A stretch of 64,000 nt of DNA, from positions 64,001 to 128,000 of the IMG/VR virus record IMGVR_UViG_3300028800_000059. The stretch is one strand, 5' to 3'. The notes beneath the pieces are model-generated. The model ran no database searches. It was given only the letters and a program-made list of their open reading frames with translations, and had not been told where the DNA came from. Shown here in pieces: positions 27,235 through 36,888 of the stretch. Positions within the stretch are counted from its first letter, which is position 1; the number at the start of each line of letters is the position of its first letter. The position numbers and the translations under genes are program-made. This stretch comes from a virus.

Positions 27235-28509
27235 TTAATCTAAATCCCTTTTAAAATAAAATCCATCTGGTGTATCAAGATTCCAAAAATTCCAAGCATC
27301 CACTAAAAGAGTTCCTATTGGAACTTGATCTAATAATCTACGCCAATCCTTAAATATGACATGTGGAGTCATAAGAAAAATTATATCACAATCTTTTATT
27401 CCTTCTGGTGGTGCGGAATACAAATATGGGTCCACGCAAACAACTTCAATGCCTTCCATCTGTGCAATCTTTTTCAACTTGAAGGACAGACTATTTCTTG
27501 GATCGTCACAATCAGCCTTGAATGTCATGCCAAGGATGGCTATTTTTTTAGGTGTTTTTCCATCCCAAAATTTAAATTCTTTTTTGGCTTTATCAAAAAG
27601 AAACTGTGGCATTCCTTCGTTGATATTAAATGCTGTTGATATCAATCCATTGAATGGAGAATTTTTTAGAAGAAATTTACCGTCTTTGAAAAGACAGGGA
27701 CCACCGACATTTGGACCTGGTAAAGGTAAATGAGCAAGCCTTGGATAATCTTCCTTGGCCGTTTCAATGACCTTATGCATATCAATTCGATCTTCTTCGG
27801 TAGAAAGTCTATCGGCCAACATATAAAACTCATTCGCCAAGGCAAATTCTACATAACGAGCCATGTTGGTTACAAGTTTGGCACATTCGGCTTCGCGATA
27901 TGTCAGCCATTTTAAATTTGTTACTCCCATAGGGAAGAAAAATTCTTCGGCCAACGGTTTAAATATTTCTCCTCCATCAGCATCTATTCCTATAATCTGT
28001 GGAAGTTTTGTTATTTCTTCATAGGCGCGAGTTTGCAAAACTCTTTCTGGAGCATAAATCAAATATGCACAGGTGTCTGCCTTCCTGAGTTTTTTCAATA
28101 ATATTTCAGAAACGCCAGGAGCAACAGTAGAACGCAAAATAACAAGAACCCTTTTTGCTCGATTGATGTTTGGAATCAATTCTTCATCAAAATATTTGAT
28201 AATATCATCCACTCGCCCATTGCCTTCGGCATCGACAGGAGTGCCCATGGTAATGACGACATAATCACACTCCTTTAAAACACCACTATAATTTCTGAGA
28301 CGGATTGTTCCATTATACAATCCTTTTTCCAAATCAGAATATATTTCGTCTCCATATTCGATAAAAGGAAGTTCACCAGAAACAATCGTGTTCAATGCCT
28401 TTTCGTTTTTATCTATGATGTAAACCACATGCGCCTTGCTGGCAGCAATAGCAAAAGGCAGGCCAACATGGCCTGCCCCACCAACAACCGCAACAGTTTT
28501 ACTAGACAT
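27235..28509 (-). CDS. UDP-glucose/GDP-mannose dehydrogenase family protein
   Basis: VGGAGHVGLP, TMGTP, RSTV.PG, PERV, AECAKL.TN, GGPCLFKD, GMTFK. Confidence 0.93.
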   Translation of the reverse strand: MSSKTVAVVGGAGHVGLPFAIAASKAHVVYIIDKNEKALNTIVSGELPFIEYGDEIYSDLEKGLYNGTIRLRNYSGVLKECDYVVITMGTPVDAEGNGRVDDIIKYFDEELIPNINRAKRVLVILRSTVAPGVSEILLKKLRKADTCAYLIYAPERVLQTRAYEEITKLPQIIGIDADGGEIFKPLAEEFFFPMGVTNLKWLTYREAECAKLVTNMARYVEFALANEFYMLADRLSTEEDRIDMHKVIETAKEDYPRLAHLPLPGPNVGGPCLFKDGKFLLKNSPFNGLISTAFNINEGMPQFLFDKAKKEFKFWDGKTPKKIAILGMTFKADCDDPRNSLSFKLKKIAQMEGIEVVCVDPYLYSAPPEGIKDCDIIFLMTPHVIFKDWRRLLDQVPIGTLLVDAWNFWNLDTPDGFYFKRDLD

Positions 28510-29560
28510 TAATCTGACTCCATGGCGTCAATTCAATCAAAATATCCTCAAGGTCATTACAGGTTGCTTCAATGGTATGATTAGCCATTGCGTATTCATA
28601 AGCTTTTTGCACGTCTCGATTTTCTAAAAGTATATCATAGCCAAGCATTTGGGTCAATTGTTTTTCTGTGTCGTATACTAAACCAAAATCTGCATTGATA
28701 TTGTGCAGGTCTTTAGCACCGGCAATGTTTCGTGCAATCCATGGCGTGTGATTTAGCATGGCTTCTAGAAGAACCAGTCCAAATCCTTCTTCTGTCGAAT
28801 TCATGATATACGCTTTGGCTTCGCACATGGCCGCCATAATCATTTCTTTTGGCAAATCAGTGAACGTCACAACATGTCGATTCCATTCTTCATGGTGTCT
28901 TTCGGAAGGAACAGGTCCAGAATTTGCATCATATCCACAAAGTGCCAAAATAGAATTAGGCCTGTTTGCTTCCCAAAAGGCCTCGGCAAGATTATTCATT
29001 TGTTTATGAGGCCACCAACCACCCACAGAAAGAAACAAATCGCCCGCACGAATTCCCTTTTTGTCCAACATGAAATTACTGAATATGGGTTGGCCTAGAG
29101 TTTCTTTTAAATTTACGCCATGGCGAACTCGGCGCATTCTATTTCTGGTTTGTTTGAAAGTTCCTACTGGGCCATAAGCCTTCAAGAATTTTTGATCTTC
29201 GCTTGTTGAATATCCTAGAAAGCGATGATATTTGAGACCTTGAGCGCATACAAAACTGCTAGATGGTTTGATAATCATATAAAGCACTGGAGATTTAATC
29301 ATGGCGGCGTTGATGTGGGCCATATCCTGAGAGACGCAATCTCCCCCATGAACCACGATTAAATCCCAGTCGGCAACCAATGAATTATGATCATTAGTAA
29401 CGGGAATACCATTATAACTTCCTTTATGTTCATTGGCATAAATGGCGGGCTTATGGCCTCGGCGTAACATTTCTTCGGCCATGTTTTTCACATAGTTTTC
29501 GGACCCACCAGGAAATGGTGGGGCGCGATGGACGACAAAAAGGATTTTTTTACTTTGCAT
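28502..29560 (-). CDS. GT4 (GT-B) glycosyltransferase
   Basis: PPFPGGSE, RHGV, HK, EEGFGLVLLEAM (EX7E). Confidence 0.9.
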   Translation of the reverse strand: MQSKKILFVVHRAPPFPGGSENYVKNMAEEMLRRGHKPAIYANEHKGSYNGIPVTNDHNSLVADWDLIVVHGGDCVSQDMAHINAAMIKSPVLYMIIKPSSSFVCAQGLKYHRFLGYSTSEDQKFLKAYGPVGTFKQTRNRMRRVRHGVNLKETLGQPIFSNFMLDKKGIRAGDLFLSVGGWWPHKQMNNLAEAFWEANRPNSILALCGYDANSGPVPSERHHEEWNRHVVTFTDLPKEMIMAAMCEAKAYIMNSTEEGFGLVLLEAMLNHTPWIARNIAGAKDLHNINADFGLVYDTEKQLTQMLGYDILLENRDVQKAYEYAMANHTIEATCNDLEDILIELTPWSQINV

Positions 29561-29837
29561 TACGATATAACTCTATTATTTCGCCGTCTTGATTTACTTT
29601 GGCACTTTTCCAACAAGTTCCACATGTAATATATCCATGAAATGCATTTCTATCATCGATATGAAGCTGTCCATTTTTATCATAATTTTTACTAGTGCCC
29701 ATCATAGTTCCGCCACCAAATTTAAATGATAAATGACAATCTGTTCTCGGACAATCCTTTGTAAATCCTTGAATTGTCACCGCGGGCGCATCATCACTTA
29801 CTTGCCAATATGATTCTTTATCTTCTTTGGTCATACT
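29550..29837 (-). CDS. Hypothetical Cys-containing protein
   Basis: Likely start MSMTK; CPRTDC and CGTC. Confidence 0.45.
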   Translation of the reverse strand, partial: SMTKEDKESYWQVSDDAPAVTIQGFTKDCPRTDCHLSFKFGGGTMMGTSKNYDKNGQLHIDDRNAFHGYITCGTCWKSAKVNQDGEIIELYRNAK

Positions 29838-30703
29838 CATATTACATACCTTTCCCACCAATCCAAAAATGTTTCCAAATAACACACATCAGGTTTCAAA
29901 TTATCTTTGAAGGCTGGCTGATTCATAATTTCCAAGCATTTGATTGGATCAGCATAAACCTCGTCCATATAATCAATCATCGCCTCGTCGCTGGAAAAAT
30001 TGAAACGATTGATAAAAGCCGCCTCGTTAAAATCCCTTCCAATCGTTCGCGAACCCCAATAAACAGGGATGCTCGCGGCACAGAAGGCATTCAAAATTTT
30101 CTCGGTAACATAACCAGGATGACTTCCATTTTCATAACAAATCGTGAAAATAGAATCTCGACATAGGTCTGTTTTCCATTTGATGTTGTCTCGCGGCAAA
30201 ACAATACCTGTATTATTTAGATGTGGCCCAGCACAAATTACAAGGTGATCCTTCATTAGTTTTTTGACAAATTCTGTGCGCGGAAAACAATTAGGATTGC
30301 TTTGCACATAGGCCGCGTAATGAAGTCTCTTTTCATTGACAGTTTGATTTGTCTGGAGAATGCTCTCCCAATTTGGATAGACGCCATCGGCAACAAGTGC
30401 CCACATTTCTAAGACATAAAGCGGTAATCTATAATGTCTTGGGGAATTTTCGTGATCGAAACTCAAACTATGGTCATATGAAAAATAATTGGGCCTTACA
30501 TTTTCTCCCGTATAAAAAATCTTTTTAATTTTTAATGGATCAAATTCCATATGATTTTGGCCAAAGTTAGCATCACCAAATATTAAATAATCAGGCATAA
30601 CATCATCCCGAATTATGTTATATCGCTGACCTAAAACATCTGTGAAAAATCTTTTAGCATTATCAAACGTGTTGGCGAACCCAAGTCGAAGAGGTTTATT
30701 CAT
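29837..30703 (-). CDS. GT10 alpha-1,3-fucosyltransferase-like protein
   Basis: FYTGENVRP, ICYENG..GYVTEKI..AF...IPVYWG. Confidence 0.88.
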   Translation of the reverse strand: MNKPLRLGFANTFDNAKRFFTDVLGQRYNIIRDDVMPDYLIFGDANFGQNHMEFDPLKIKKIFYTGENVRPNYFSYDHSLSFDHENSPRHYRLPLYVLEMWALVADGVYPNWESILQTNQTVNEKRLHYAAYVQSNPNCFPRTEFVKKLMKDHLVICAGPHLNNTGIVLPRDNIKWKTDLCRDSIFTICYENGSHPGYVTEKILNAFCAASIPVYWGSRTIGRDFNEAAFINRFNFSSDEAMIDYMDEVYADPIKCLEIMNQPAFKDNLKPDVCYLETFLDWWERYVI

Positions 30704-31194
30704 TTCCCTCTCCTTAAATATTCAGCCCCACGATTCATAATTTCTACATCATCATTAAAATTGCCTATTCCTCTATTACATTTATTGCAAAGCAATCCTC
30801 TAATTTTTCCTGTTTCGTGATTATGATCGACGGATAAATTGCGTTTAAATTTGCTTGCTGGCTTTTTACATATGCCACACTGTTTATTTTGTGTAATTAA
30901 AATTGAATCATATTTTTCTGGTGTGATTCCATATTTTTTTAGGATTGAACGCCGATCAATCATTCTAGCTTTATCAGGATTTTCTTTTCTCCATTTTCTA
31001 GCCTTTGCTTTTTCTTTGAAAGAATTTTTCAAATATTGTTTTTTGCGTCTGATTTTCGCTTTTTCTATGTTTGCCCAATAATATTTTTTACAATAATCCT
31101 TCGTTTTTTCTGGATTATTTGCCCTATATTTTTTTTGATATTCGGCTTTACCTTGTATGGGCACAGATAATATCCTCTGGAACCTGGCCGTCAA
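30700..31194 (-). CDS. Endonuclease VII-like HNH homing endonuclease
   Basis: YGIT..Y..Q...CGIC..VDHNH.TGKIRGLLC..CN..IG.F.D. Confidence 0.85.
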   Translation of the reverse strand: MTARFQRILSVPIQGKAEYQKKYRANNPEKTKDYCKKYYWANIEKAKIRRKKQYLKNSFKEKAKARKWRKENPDKARMIDRRSILKKYGITPEKYDSILITQNKQCGICKKPASKFKRNLSVDHNHETGKIRGLLCNKCNRGIGNFNDDVEIMNRGAEYLRRGK

Positions 31195-31783
31195 GATACA
31201 CGATATTATAATTTGGATTAATTTGTTTCAGGATTTCCATAACCCTTTCTTCTTCCAGCCCATCCCATTCCTGAGACCCAAAGAGTCGTCGGTCGTCAAT
31301 GAAAATAGTATGATTTGGATTTTTTGAAGATAGAATTGCTTCTAATTCTTCGACAAGCGGGGAACCACCATATTTTCCGCCTGGGAGTGGACCACTGGCA
31401 TGTGCATCAAGCCAAAAAGTAACTGTGTCGGTTGGCACTGAATAATTCATTATTTTTTGAATTTCATCAGGACTTTCTCCAAGAATGATATGAACACATC
31501 GTTTATTTTCAAACAATGGTACCACAGCATCATACATTTCTTGGTTAAGTTCTACGGAAAAAATATCATCAAATAATCCAGTAGCCAAGGCAAGTTTAAC
31601 TGTCTCCCCACGATATGTTCCAGTTTCTAAAAACCATCTGCCATTAGAATATTTTTCAAGATATTCACGAGTCAAATGGGTATCAAATTCTGGCACTTCT
31701 GTGGGAACAGCATCAAATGTGCCGCCATCGAAAATGAATTGAGCATCGCCAGAATCGGTATTGATCTTTAATTCTTCGATCAT
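31148..31783 (-). CDS. Putative SAM-dependent methyltransferase
   Basis: FLETGTYRG, SVEL, LGES, FWLDAH, IFIDD. Confidence 0.75.
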   Translation of the reverse strand: MIEELKINTDSGDAQFIFDGGTFDAVPTEVPEFDTHLTREYLEKYSNGRWFLETGTYRGETVKLALATGLFDDIFSVELNQEMYDAVVPLFENKRCVHIILGESPDEIQKIMNYSVPTDTVTFWLDAHASGPLPGGKYGGSPLVEELEAILSSKNPNHTIFIDDRRLFGSQEWDGLEEERVMEILKQINPNYNIVYLDGQVPEDIICAHTR

Positions 31784-32046
31784 TTTGTTTCCTTTTTAGA
31801 AAATCCATAAGGCCAAAAATATTTAACCATATCATAAAGGGCTTCAAGTTGTATATCAACCGTTTCATTACATCCAGCACATTTAAATTTTTGTGTATTC
31901 ACTGTGTCCATAGATGGAATAACATAAATGGCCCAATTATGTTCATGCGGAGGAAGCAAATAAGGCTCCACTTTTTCCACTGGCTTTTTTGGTTCCTTTT
32001 TAAAAGATTTAATCCACTCAACAAATCCTTCTTCACGCAGAGGCAT
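31780..32046 (-). CDS. Hypothetical protein
   Basis: 88 aa, coupled to neighbours. Confidence 0.5.
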   Translation of the reverse strand: MPLREEGFVEWIKSFKKEPKKPVEKVEPYLLPPHEHNWAIYVIPSMDTVNTQKFKCAGCNETVDIQLEALYDMVKYFWPYGFSKKETK

Positions 32047-32971
32047 TTTGACCCTCCCGATATTTTTTCATAATTACATCCTTCCAAGCTGGAACACGAT
32101 CATATTGATGGACCAAACAGAAGGGCTCCTTGGCTTGTTCTAAAACAGTATCTCCCTTTTCATCATCATATTGCAGCATTGGATAAATCAATTCATCTGG
32201 CCACAACACAGGTTCAGAATTGAATTCCAAAAGATTTGGAGCAAAGCCTCCAATCTTAGAAGGATCGGCTACCGTGCCTGCCTGACAACACCAGCCATCA
32301 TCATGATTATTTACTAACGTGATATCACTCCATGGCGCCATGGATAGCAAAACATTCAAGGCTGCCTGGTCTGGATTATGAATTTCATTATTTACAGAAA
32401 GAAGCCAAATATTATGAAACAGGTCTCGCATATATTCGGCATGACCAGCAATCGTACCAGCATTAACGATTGGCTTATCTTTCATTGCCTGTTGAACAAC
32501 AGGCCCAAAAGATTGCAACATATTGTTATAACCCCAAGGCTCGTCCTTATATTTCAGGCCTTCAGACCCAACATTGATTTTTGCTGGACCGTCTTCACCA
32601 AGATTTTCTTCCAACCATTTGGAAGGATTTGTTTGAAACACCACATCTTTAACATCTGTCGCAATGATATATCTCAGAGTATCAAATTGATCCTTAGGAA
32701 TCTGATTTAAGAAATACCACATATGCAAGAAACGATATGTAACAATAGAGAAAGGAGGTGTATGAACAAACCTCCTATTGGCATCATCCTTCTCAAACGT
32801 AAAAAGAGTGAAATTTCGTTTCAGAAGTTCATCGGCAGTGTCGAAGTCCATATTATAAACAACGGCAGCCTTGAGACCTGTGAAACCAGAACGATCAATA
32901 GATACGGCCCATGGTTCAATTTGATCCCATGTGTAATTTGTAATAGAGCCAAAAATTAGGTCTTGTTTCAT
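32033..32971 (-). CDS. GT-A-like glycosyltransferase
   Basis: TDVKDVVFQ DxD-type motif, NAG, DQAALN, HQYDR; likely start MKQDL. Confidence 0.65.
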   Translation of the reverse strand: MKQDLIFGSITNYTWDQIEPWAVSIDRSGFTGLKAAVVYNMDFDTADELLKRNFTLFTFEKDDANRRFVHTPPFSIVTYRFLHMWYFLNQIPKDQFDTLRYIIATDVKDVVFQTNPSKWLEENLGEDGPAKINVGSEGLKYKDEPWGYNNMLQSFGPVVQQAMKDKPIVNAGTIAGHAEYMRDLFHNIWLLSVNNEIHNPDQAALNVLLSMAPWSDITLVNNHDDGWCCQAGTVADPSKIGGFAPNLLEFNSEPVLWPDELIYPMLQYDDEKGDTVLEQAKEPFCLVHQYDRVPAWKDVIMKKYREGQNASA

Positions 32972-33153
32972 CCTGTTATTTCCTTTTCTTTTTTCTTTCG
33001 CCAATCTCGATATCGTAACCAGTCTCCCTCATGTACCCAAATCCAAACACAATCTCCGCGATGATACATTGGAGTTTTGCGAATTTCATCCGCTGATTTT
33101 CCGGTGTCGTCATATTCAAAAAGAGGAGAATCGTCGCTCATATTTGATGCCAT
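32968..33153 (-). CDS. Hypothetical protein
   Basis: 61 aa, fills the gap with 4-nt overlap. Confidence 0.45.
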   Translation of the reverse strand: MASNMSDDSPLFEYDDTGKSADEIRKTPMYHRGDCVWIWVHEGDWLRYRDWRKKKEKEITG

Positions 33154-33908
33154 GGCAGGTCGTGATTGATAGAAGCATAATATTCTTTATATTTTTGATT
33201 TCCTTGTTCAAAAAATTCCTTAGTAACAGAATTTGGATTGCCATCAAGTCTATAATTAAGAGTGTGCAATCCACTGGTGCCCCATGTTTCTGGTTTAGTT
33301 TGTGAGGCAACAATCTGTAAGAACCTACGGTCGGCGCCCCAACCCCAATGCCAATGATGGCCATATTCTTTCAAAAAGGATGTTTTAAAACAGAATGAAG
33401 AAGTGTCCACAAGAAAATTTGGATCATTGGCGAGAGAACACCAAACAGGCCAACGCCCGAGACTTTCGCAATTGTCAGCAAGAAGATAATTGCCTTTTAC
33501 ATCTACAATTTTGCGAAGTGAATATGCCCAATCCCACTTGTTGATTTCGATTGCTTCGATTAAAGATTCAACATGGGTTGGTTCATAGAAATTATCTTCG
33601 TCCAGAAACAACACATAATCATCATCGACCAAATGCGAAAACGCTGCATAGACGCGATGGCCATAGAACCCATGGCCACCTACGTTATTAGCTAAAAGGG
33701 AAACCTCAATTTTTTTGGATGGATTAAGATATTTTTCTTCTTTTGATCCTGACATTACATTTGGAAAACTTGATAAACCATCACACACCAAAAGATGCCG
33801 AAGATTGTCATAAGTTTGAGATTGAACAGAATCGATAGCATCAGCAAGCGTTTCTTTGCCTATAGTTGGTGTAATGACAACAGCCGATTTCAAAATTTTC
33901 AAATCCAT
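33138..33908 (-). CDS. GT2 glycosyltransferase
   Basis: VVITPT..SVQSQTY..DG..LFLDEDN. Confidence 0.88.
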   Translation of the reverse strand: MDLKILKSAVVITPTIGKETLADAIDSVQSQTYDNLRHLLVCDGLSSFPNVMSGSKEEKYLNPSKKIEVSLLANNVGGHGFYGHRVYAAFSHLVDDDYVLFLDEDNFYEPTHVESLIEAIEINKWDWAYSLRKIVDVKGNYLLADNCESLGRWPVWCSLANDPNFLVDTSSFCFKTSFLKEYGHHWHWGWGADRRFLQIVASQTKPETWGTSGLHTLNYRLDGNPNSVTKEFFEQGNQKYKEYYASINHDLPWHQI

Positions 33909-33910
33909 TT

Positions 33911-34105
33911 TTATTCCTGTAGAAGGATTTTGTTTTCATTAGAATCTAAATTTTCAAAATGTAATCCTTCTCCCATTTTTTCTTTTAATTCTTCGAAGGA
34001 ATTACATACCAAAACAATTTTACTGGTGACGCTAGTGTGTCTTGTGCAAGACCACTTATCTGTTGCCTTATTATAACTAATGGCAAATTCTACTACTTCT
34101 TCCAT
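33911..34105 (-). CDS. Hypothetical protein
   Basis: Operon packing only. Confidence 0.45.
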   Translation of the reverse strand: MEEVVEFAISYNKATDKWSCTRHTSVTSKIVLVCNSFEELKEKMGEGLHFENLDSNENKILLQE

Positions 34106-34417
34106 TTATTCGCCTTCCTTTGCCACAATATCAGAAGGCATCTTGGCGTCCTTCGTGTTTCTATCGTGATTTGGCCATTTGCTTCGACTCCAATGTGCGG
34201 AGACATGCCCTTCCGCCAAGGACTGATTTGCTTCCATGCCTTTTGGTGTGTAACCTTTTTGCCAGGCAGCAAGTTTCGCCATTGTCCTGTCCAATACACT
34301 TCGTTCCCGGCGCATCAACTTACAGATATAAGGATTGACGTTAGGTCGTTCGCCCTTCGAAATATATTTGCCCTTGGAATTTCCAGAGATAACAGTTTTT
34401 TCAACAGTTGCTTTCAT
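34106..34417 (-). CDS. Hypothetical basic protein
   Basis: Operon packing only. Confidence 0.5.
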   Translation of the reverse strand: MKATVEKTVISGNSKGKYISKGERPNVNPYICKLMRRERSVLDRTMAKLAAWQKGYTPKGMEANQSLAEGHVSAHWSRSKWPNHDRNTKDAKMPSDIVAKEGE

Positions 34418-34420
34418 ATT

Positions 34421-34654
34421 TTACCATCCATAATGTTGTCTGTGCCAGCCATAATATCCATAACGATAACTATAATCGTGTAGTGGATATGGATAATAAT
34501 ATTGAGGAATTGGCGCCACATACACTTGAGGAACTTGATAATAATAAGTTCCGTATGACCCGTCTTGATAATAGACGGGCGCACAGGCTCCGATACACAG
34601 AGCCATGGCAATATATGCCAACCAATTGATAAATTTTCGCATTCCCATAATCAT
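34421..34654 (-). CDS. Small Tyr/Pro-rich putative lipoprotein
   Basis: Hydrophobic N-terminus ending IGAC (lipobox-like); Y/P-rich tail. Confidence 0.55.
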   Translation of the reverse strand: MIMGMRKFINWLAYIAMALCIGACAPVYYQDGSYGTYYYQVPQVYVAPIPQYYYPYPLHDYSYRYGYYGWHRQHYGW

Positions 34655-34674
34655 ACACTAATTCCTTGGTAATA

Positions 34675-35589
34675 TCAAACAGGAAATTTATTGAGACCTA
34701 GGTATTTTTTAAGTTGTTCAGGATCAAGAGGATTTTTTCCATCGCCAGTAGAACCAAATCCACCAGTTCGACTTGTGGTTCTTTGAGGTTTCATTCCTAC
34801 TTCTAAAATACTATGTGGAGGCACAATCTGTTTCAACATACCCTGACAAACTCGGGTGTTGTTTTTGATGTTTACGGCTTGATCCGTCGTCAACAAGACA
34901 TGGACCTCTTCTTTGAAGTCAGCATCAATAATACCAACACCATTTACAAGATGAAGTCCTTCCTTTAAGGAAATACCAGATCGCGAAAATAATTCGACAT
35001 AATATCCTGGTTGTATATTGAATATTATGTTTGTCGGTACCATCACTCGTTCGCTAGGATATATCGTGAGACTTCCATCGATAGGATCAAAGTTTCGAGT
35101 ATAGGACTTAGGTTCATCTGCCCGCCAAACCTTACATTCCTGTTTTCCATCCGAAGAAAAAACCATATCAAAACAGGCTGAATCTTCGGTGGCGAAAACA
35201 GGAAGAGGAACATTGGGATGACAACGATAGGTTTGTAATCCAATGGCTCCATGATTCCATGGAAGGACCTGCATATAATTTGCTTGTTCTAACTTACCAG
35301 GAAGCAAATCTGATTTTTTAGAGGGAACAAGGAATCCTGGATCGGGATCATCATGAAATAATTGTGGAGCCCTCATGATATATCCATCTGGTCCAATCCA
35401 ACAATGATTGATAGGGTCCCAGGTTATCTTAACAGTGCTACTAACCAAGGATTCCCCGGAGTTGTTCGCCACTATCGTCGGAGACATGCTCGCTGGAGTT
35501 CCACAGAATGGTGTTAGACAAGGGCTGGTGTTGGCGTCCACTAATACCTTCTCGCCGTTCAACCACCGATCCATCTTCGTATCGTTCAT
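34675..35589 (-). CDS. dut: Trimeric dUTPase with long N-terminal extension
   Basis: SACFD, SRSG, GIIDADF, VCQG, RTGGFGSTG. Confidence 0.9.
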   Translation of the reverse strand: MNDTKMDRWLNGEKVLVDANTSPCLTPFCGTPASMSPTIVANNSGESLVSSTVKITWDPINHCWIGPDGYIMRAPQLFHDDPDPGFLVPSKKSDLLPGKLEQANYMQVLPWNHGAIGLQTYRCHPNVPLPVFATEDSACFDMVFSSDGKQECKVWRADEPKSYTRNFDPIDGSLTIYPSERVMVPTNIIFNIQPGYYVELFSRSGISLKEGLHLVNGVGIIDADFKEEVHVLLTTDQAVNIKNNTRVCQGMLKQIVPPHSILEVGMKPQRTTSRTGGFGSTGDGKNPLDPEQLKKYLGLNKFPV

Positions 35590-36001
35590 CTTTTTTCACT
35601 CCTATCTTTTTTCCAATACTATATTTTGCCTGTAGATTCCATTCGCTCTTTTCGCGAAACGGAAGAATTTTTAACTGTGCAATAGGTATAACTGGTTCTT
35701 TTGATTTGTTGCCATCAACCAATTTCAATAGATTCCACTCTGCCAAGAGATTGGCAATAGTGTTTCGTCGTGCCACATCATTTTCGGATATGTTTGTTGG
35801 TTTGCCATCCAACGCAAAAAGTTCCTTAAAATGTAGAAGCCAATAACGATCCTTCTTATGAAGGATGTGAACTGATTGATAAAGGGTTTTGTCTTTCTTG
35901 GAAGCCACGCCGATCCGGGTAAGAGTTTCTTTTACCTTTAAAAAATCATCGGGTTTGACCAATAGAATTTCAATTCCGTCGTCAAGAATATTACTAAACA
36001 T
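35441..36001 (-). CDS. regA: Translational repressor RegA with apparent C-terminal read-through
   Basis: DDFLKVKETLTRIG..LYQS.HILHK..HFKE..DG..RRNTIA..KYSIG. Confidence 0.95.
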   Translation of the reverse strand: MFSNILDDGIEILLVKPDDFLKVKETLTRIGVASKKDKTLYQSVHILHKKDRYWLLHFKELFALDGKPTNISENDVARRNTIANLLAEWNLLKLVDGNKSKEPVIPIAQLKILPFREKSEWNLQAKYSIGKKIGVKKDERYEDGSVVERREGISGRQHQPLSNTILWNSSEHVSDDSGEQLRGILG

Positions 36002-36040
36002 AAGCTTCGCTCCATATTCATATTTTTATTGTTGTTTCAA

Positions 36041-36047
36041 TATTTAG
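36041..36047 (-). promoter_or_regulatory. Late promoter-like CTAAATA upstream of regA
   Basis: Overlaps the gp62 stop codon. Confidence 0.35.
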
Positions 36048-36436
36048 CGGTTCCCGACTCCACCCTTGTCCATCCTTTTCCGTATTGTTTCCAAATCTTC
36101 TGGGCGCAGAATTTTCAAGGCTTCGCGGCCTTTTCTTTCTGAAAATCCATAGTATTCACATACCAAATCCAAGTCTTCCGATTTTTCAGGCTTCCACCAT
36201 TTCCTATATCCACGATCTTTCGGTAGAATTACTCCTAGGTGATAATCAAACTGCATCTGTTTATCTAAAGGCCAGCGTTTGTTCATTTCATTGGCATAAA
36301 GAACACTGTCGCGATGATAAGACAGAGCCCGATTAACTACCCAAGGCACATAATCCTTTTCTTTTTTTAATGCCTCTCGATTTTTCGACTTACAAATTGC
36401 AGGCAGAATATCATCGAAAATTGGATTGCCAGCCAT
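36044..36436 (-). CDS. 62: Clamp loader small subunit gp62
   Basis: YVPWVVNRALS..NEMN..MQFDY..W.K..YYGFSERK. Confidence 0.93.
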   Translation of the reverse strand: MAGNPIFDDILPAICKSKNREALKKEKDYVPWVVNRALSYHRDSVLYANEMNKRWPLDKQMQFDYHLGVILPKDRGYRKWWKPEKSEDLDLVCEYYGFSERKGREALKILRPEDLETIRKRMDKGGVGNR

Positions 36437-36888
36437 TAATTCCAACCACTGGAGGATGCCGCCATCAATTGATCCAATATATCCTGATCGTCAATTTTAT
36501 AAATCATTTCCATTGCGTCCTGTTCGATTGGAACACACTTCATTACACGTCCATCTGATGTTTCTTTATTATAATATCTGAATTTCTTGGACGTGTCCAG
36601 TTTATAGACACAACCATCAAACTTAGATGGGTATTTCTTATTAGGAACAGCAACGAAATAAACTTCATCGGCCTTCATAACTTTCCAAGATTGATCGTCC
36701 TTAAACGTAAAGGCACCCTCTTTGACCCAAGGAACCTGAGTTTTCACTTCGACTCTTTTACCATCGATCAAAAAATCTTTTTCAAGGTCCCACCAATCTC
36801 CAATCACGACAAGTCGGCCAACGGACTCCAATAGAGTTCGTATAATAATTTCACCAATTTGTCCCATAGTTTGTTTTTTGTCGGTCAT
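36436..36888 (-). CDS. Putative PD-(D/E)xK nuclease inserted between 44 and 62
   Basis: GE..KDFLIDGKRVEVKT motif. Confidence 0.55.
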   Translation of the reverse strand: MTDKKQTMGQIGEIIIRTLLESVGRLVVIGDWWDLEKDFLIDGKRVEVKTQVPWVKEGAFTFKDDQSWKVMKADEVYFVAVPNKKYPSKFDGCVYKLDTSKKFRYYNKETSDGRVMKCVPIEQDAMEMIYKIDDQDILDQLMAASSSGWN

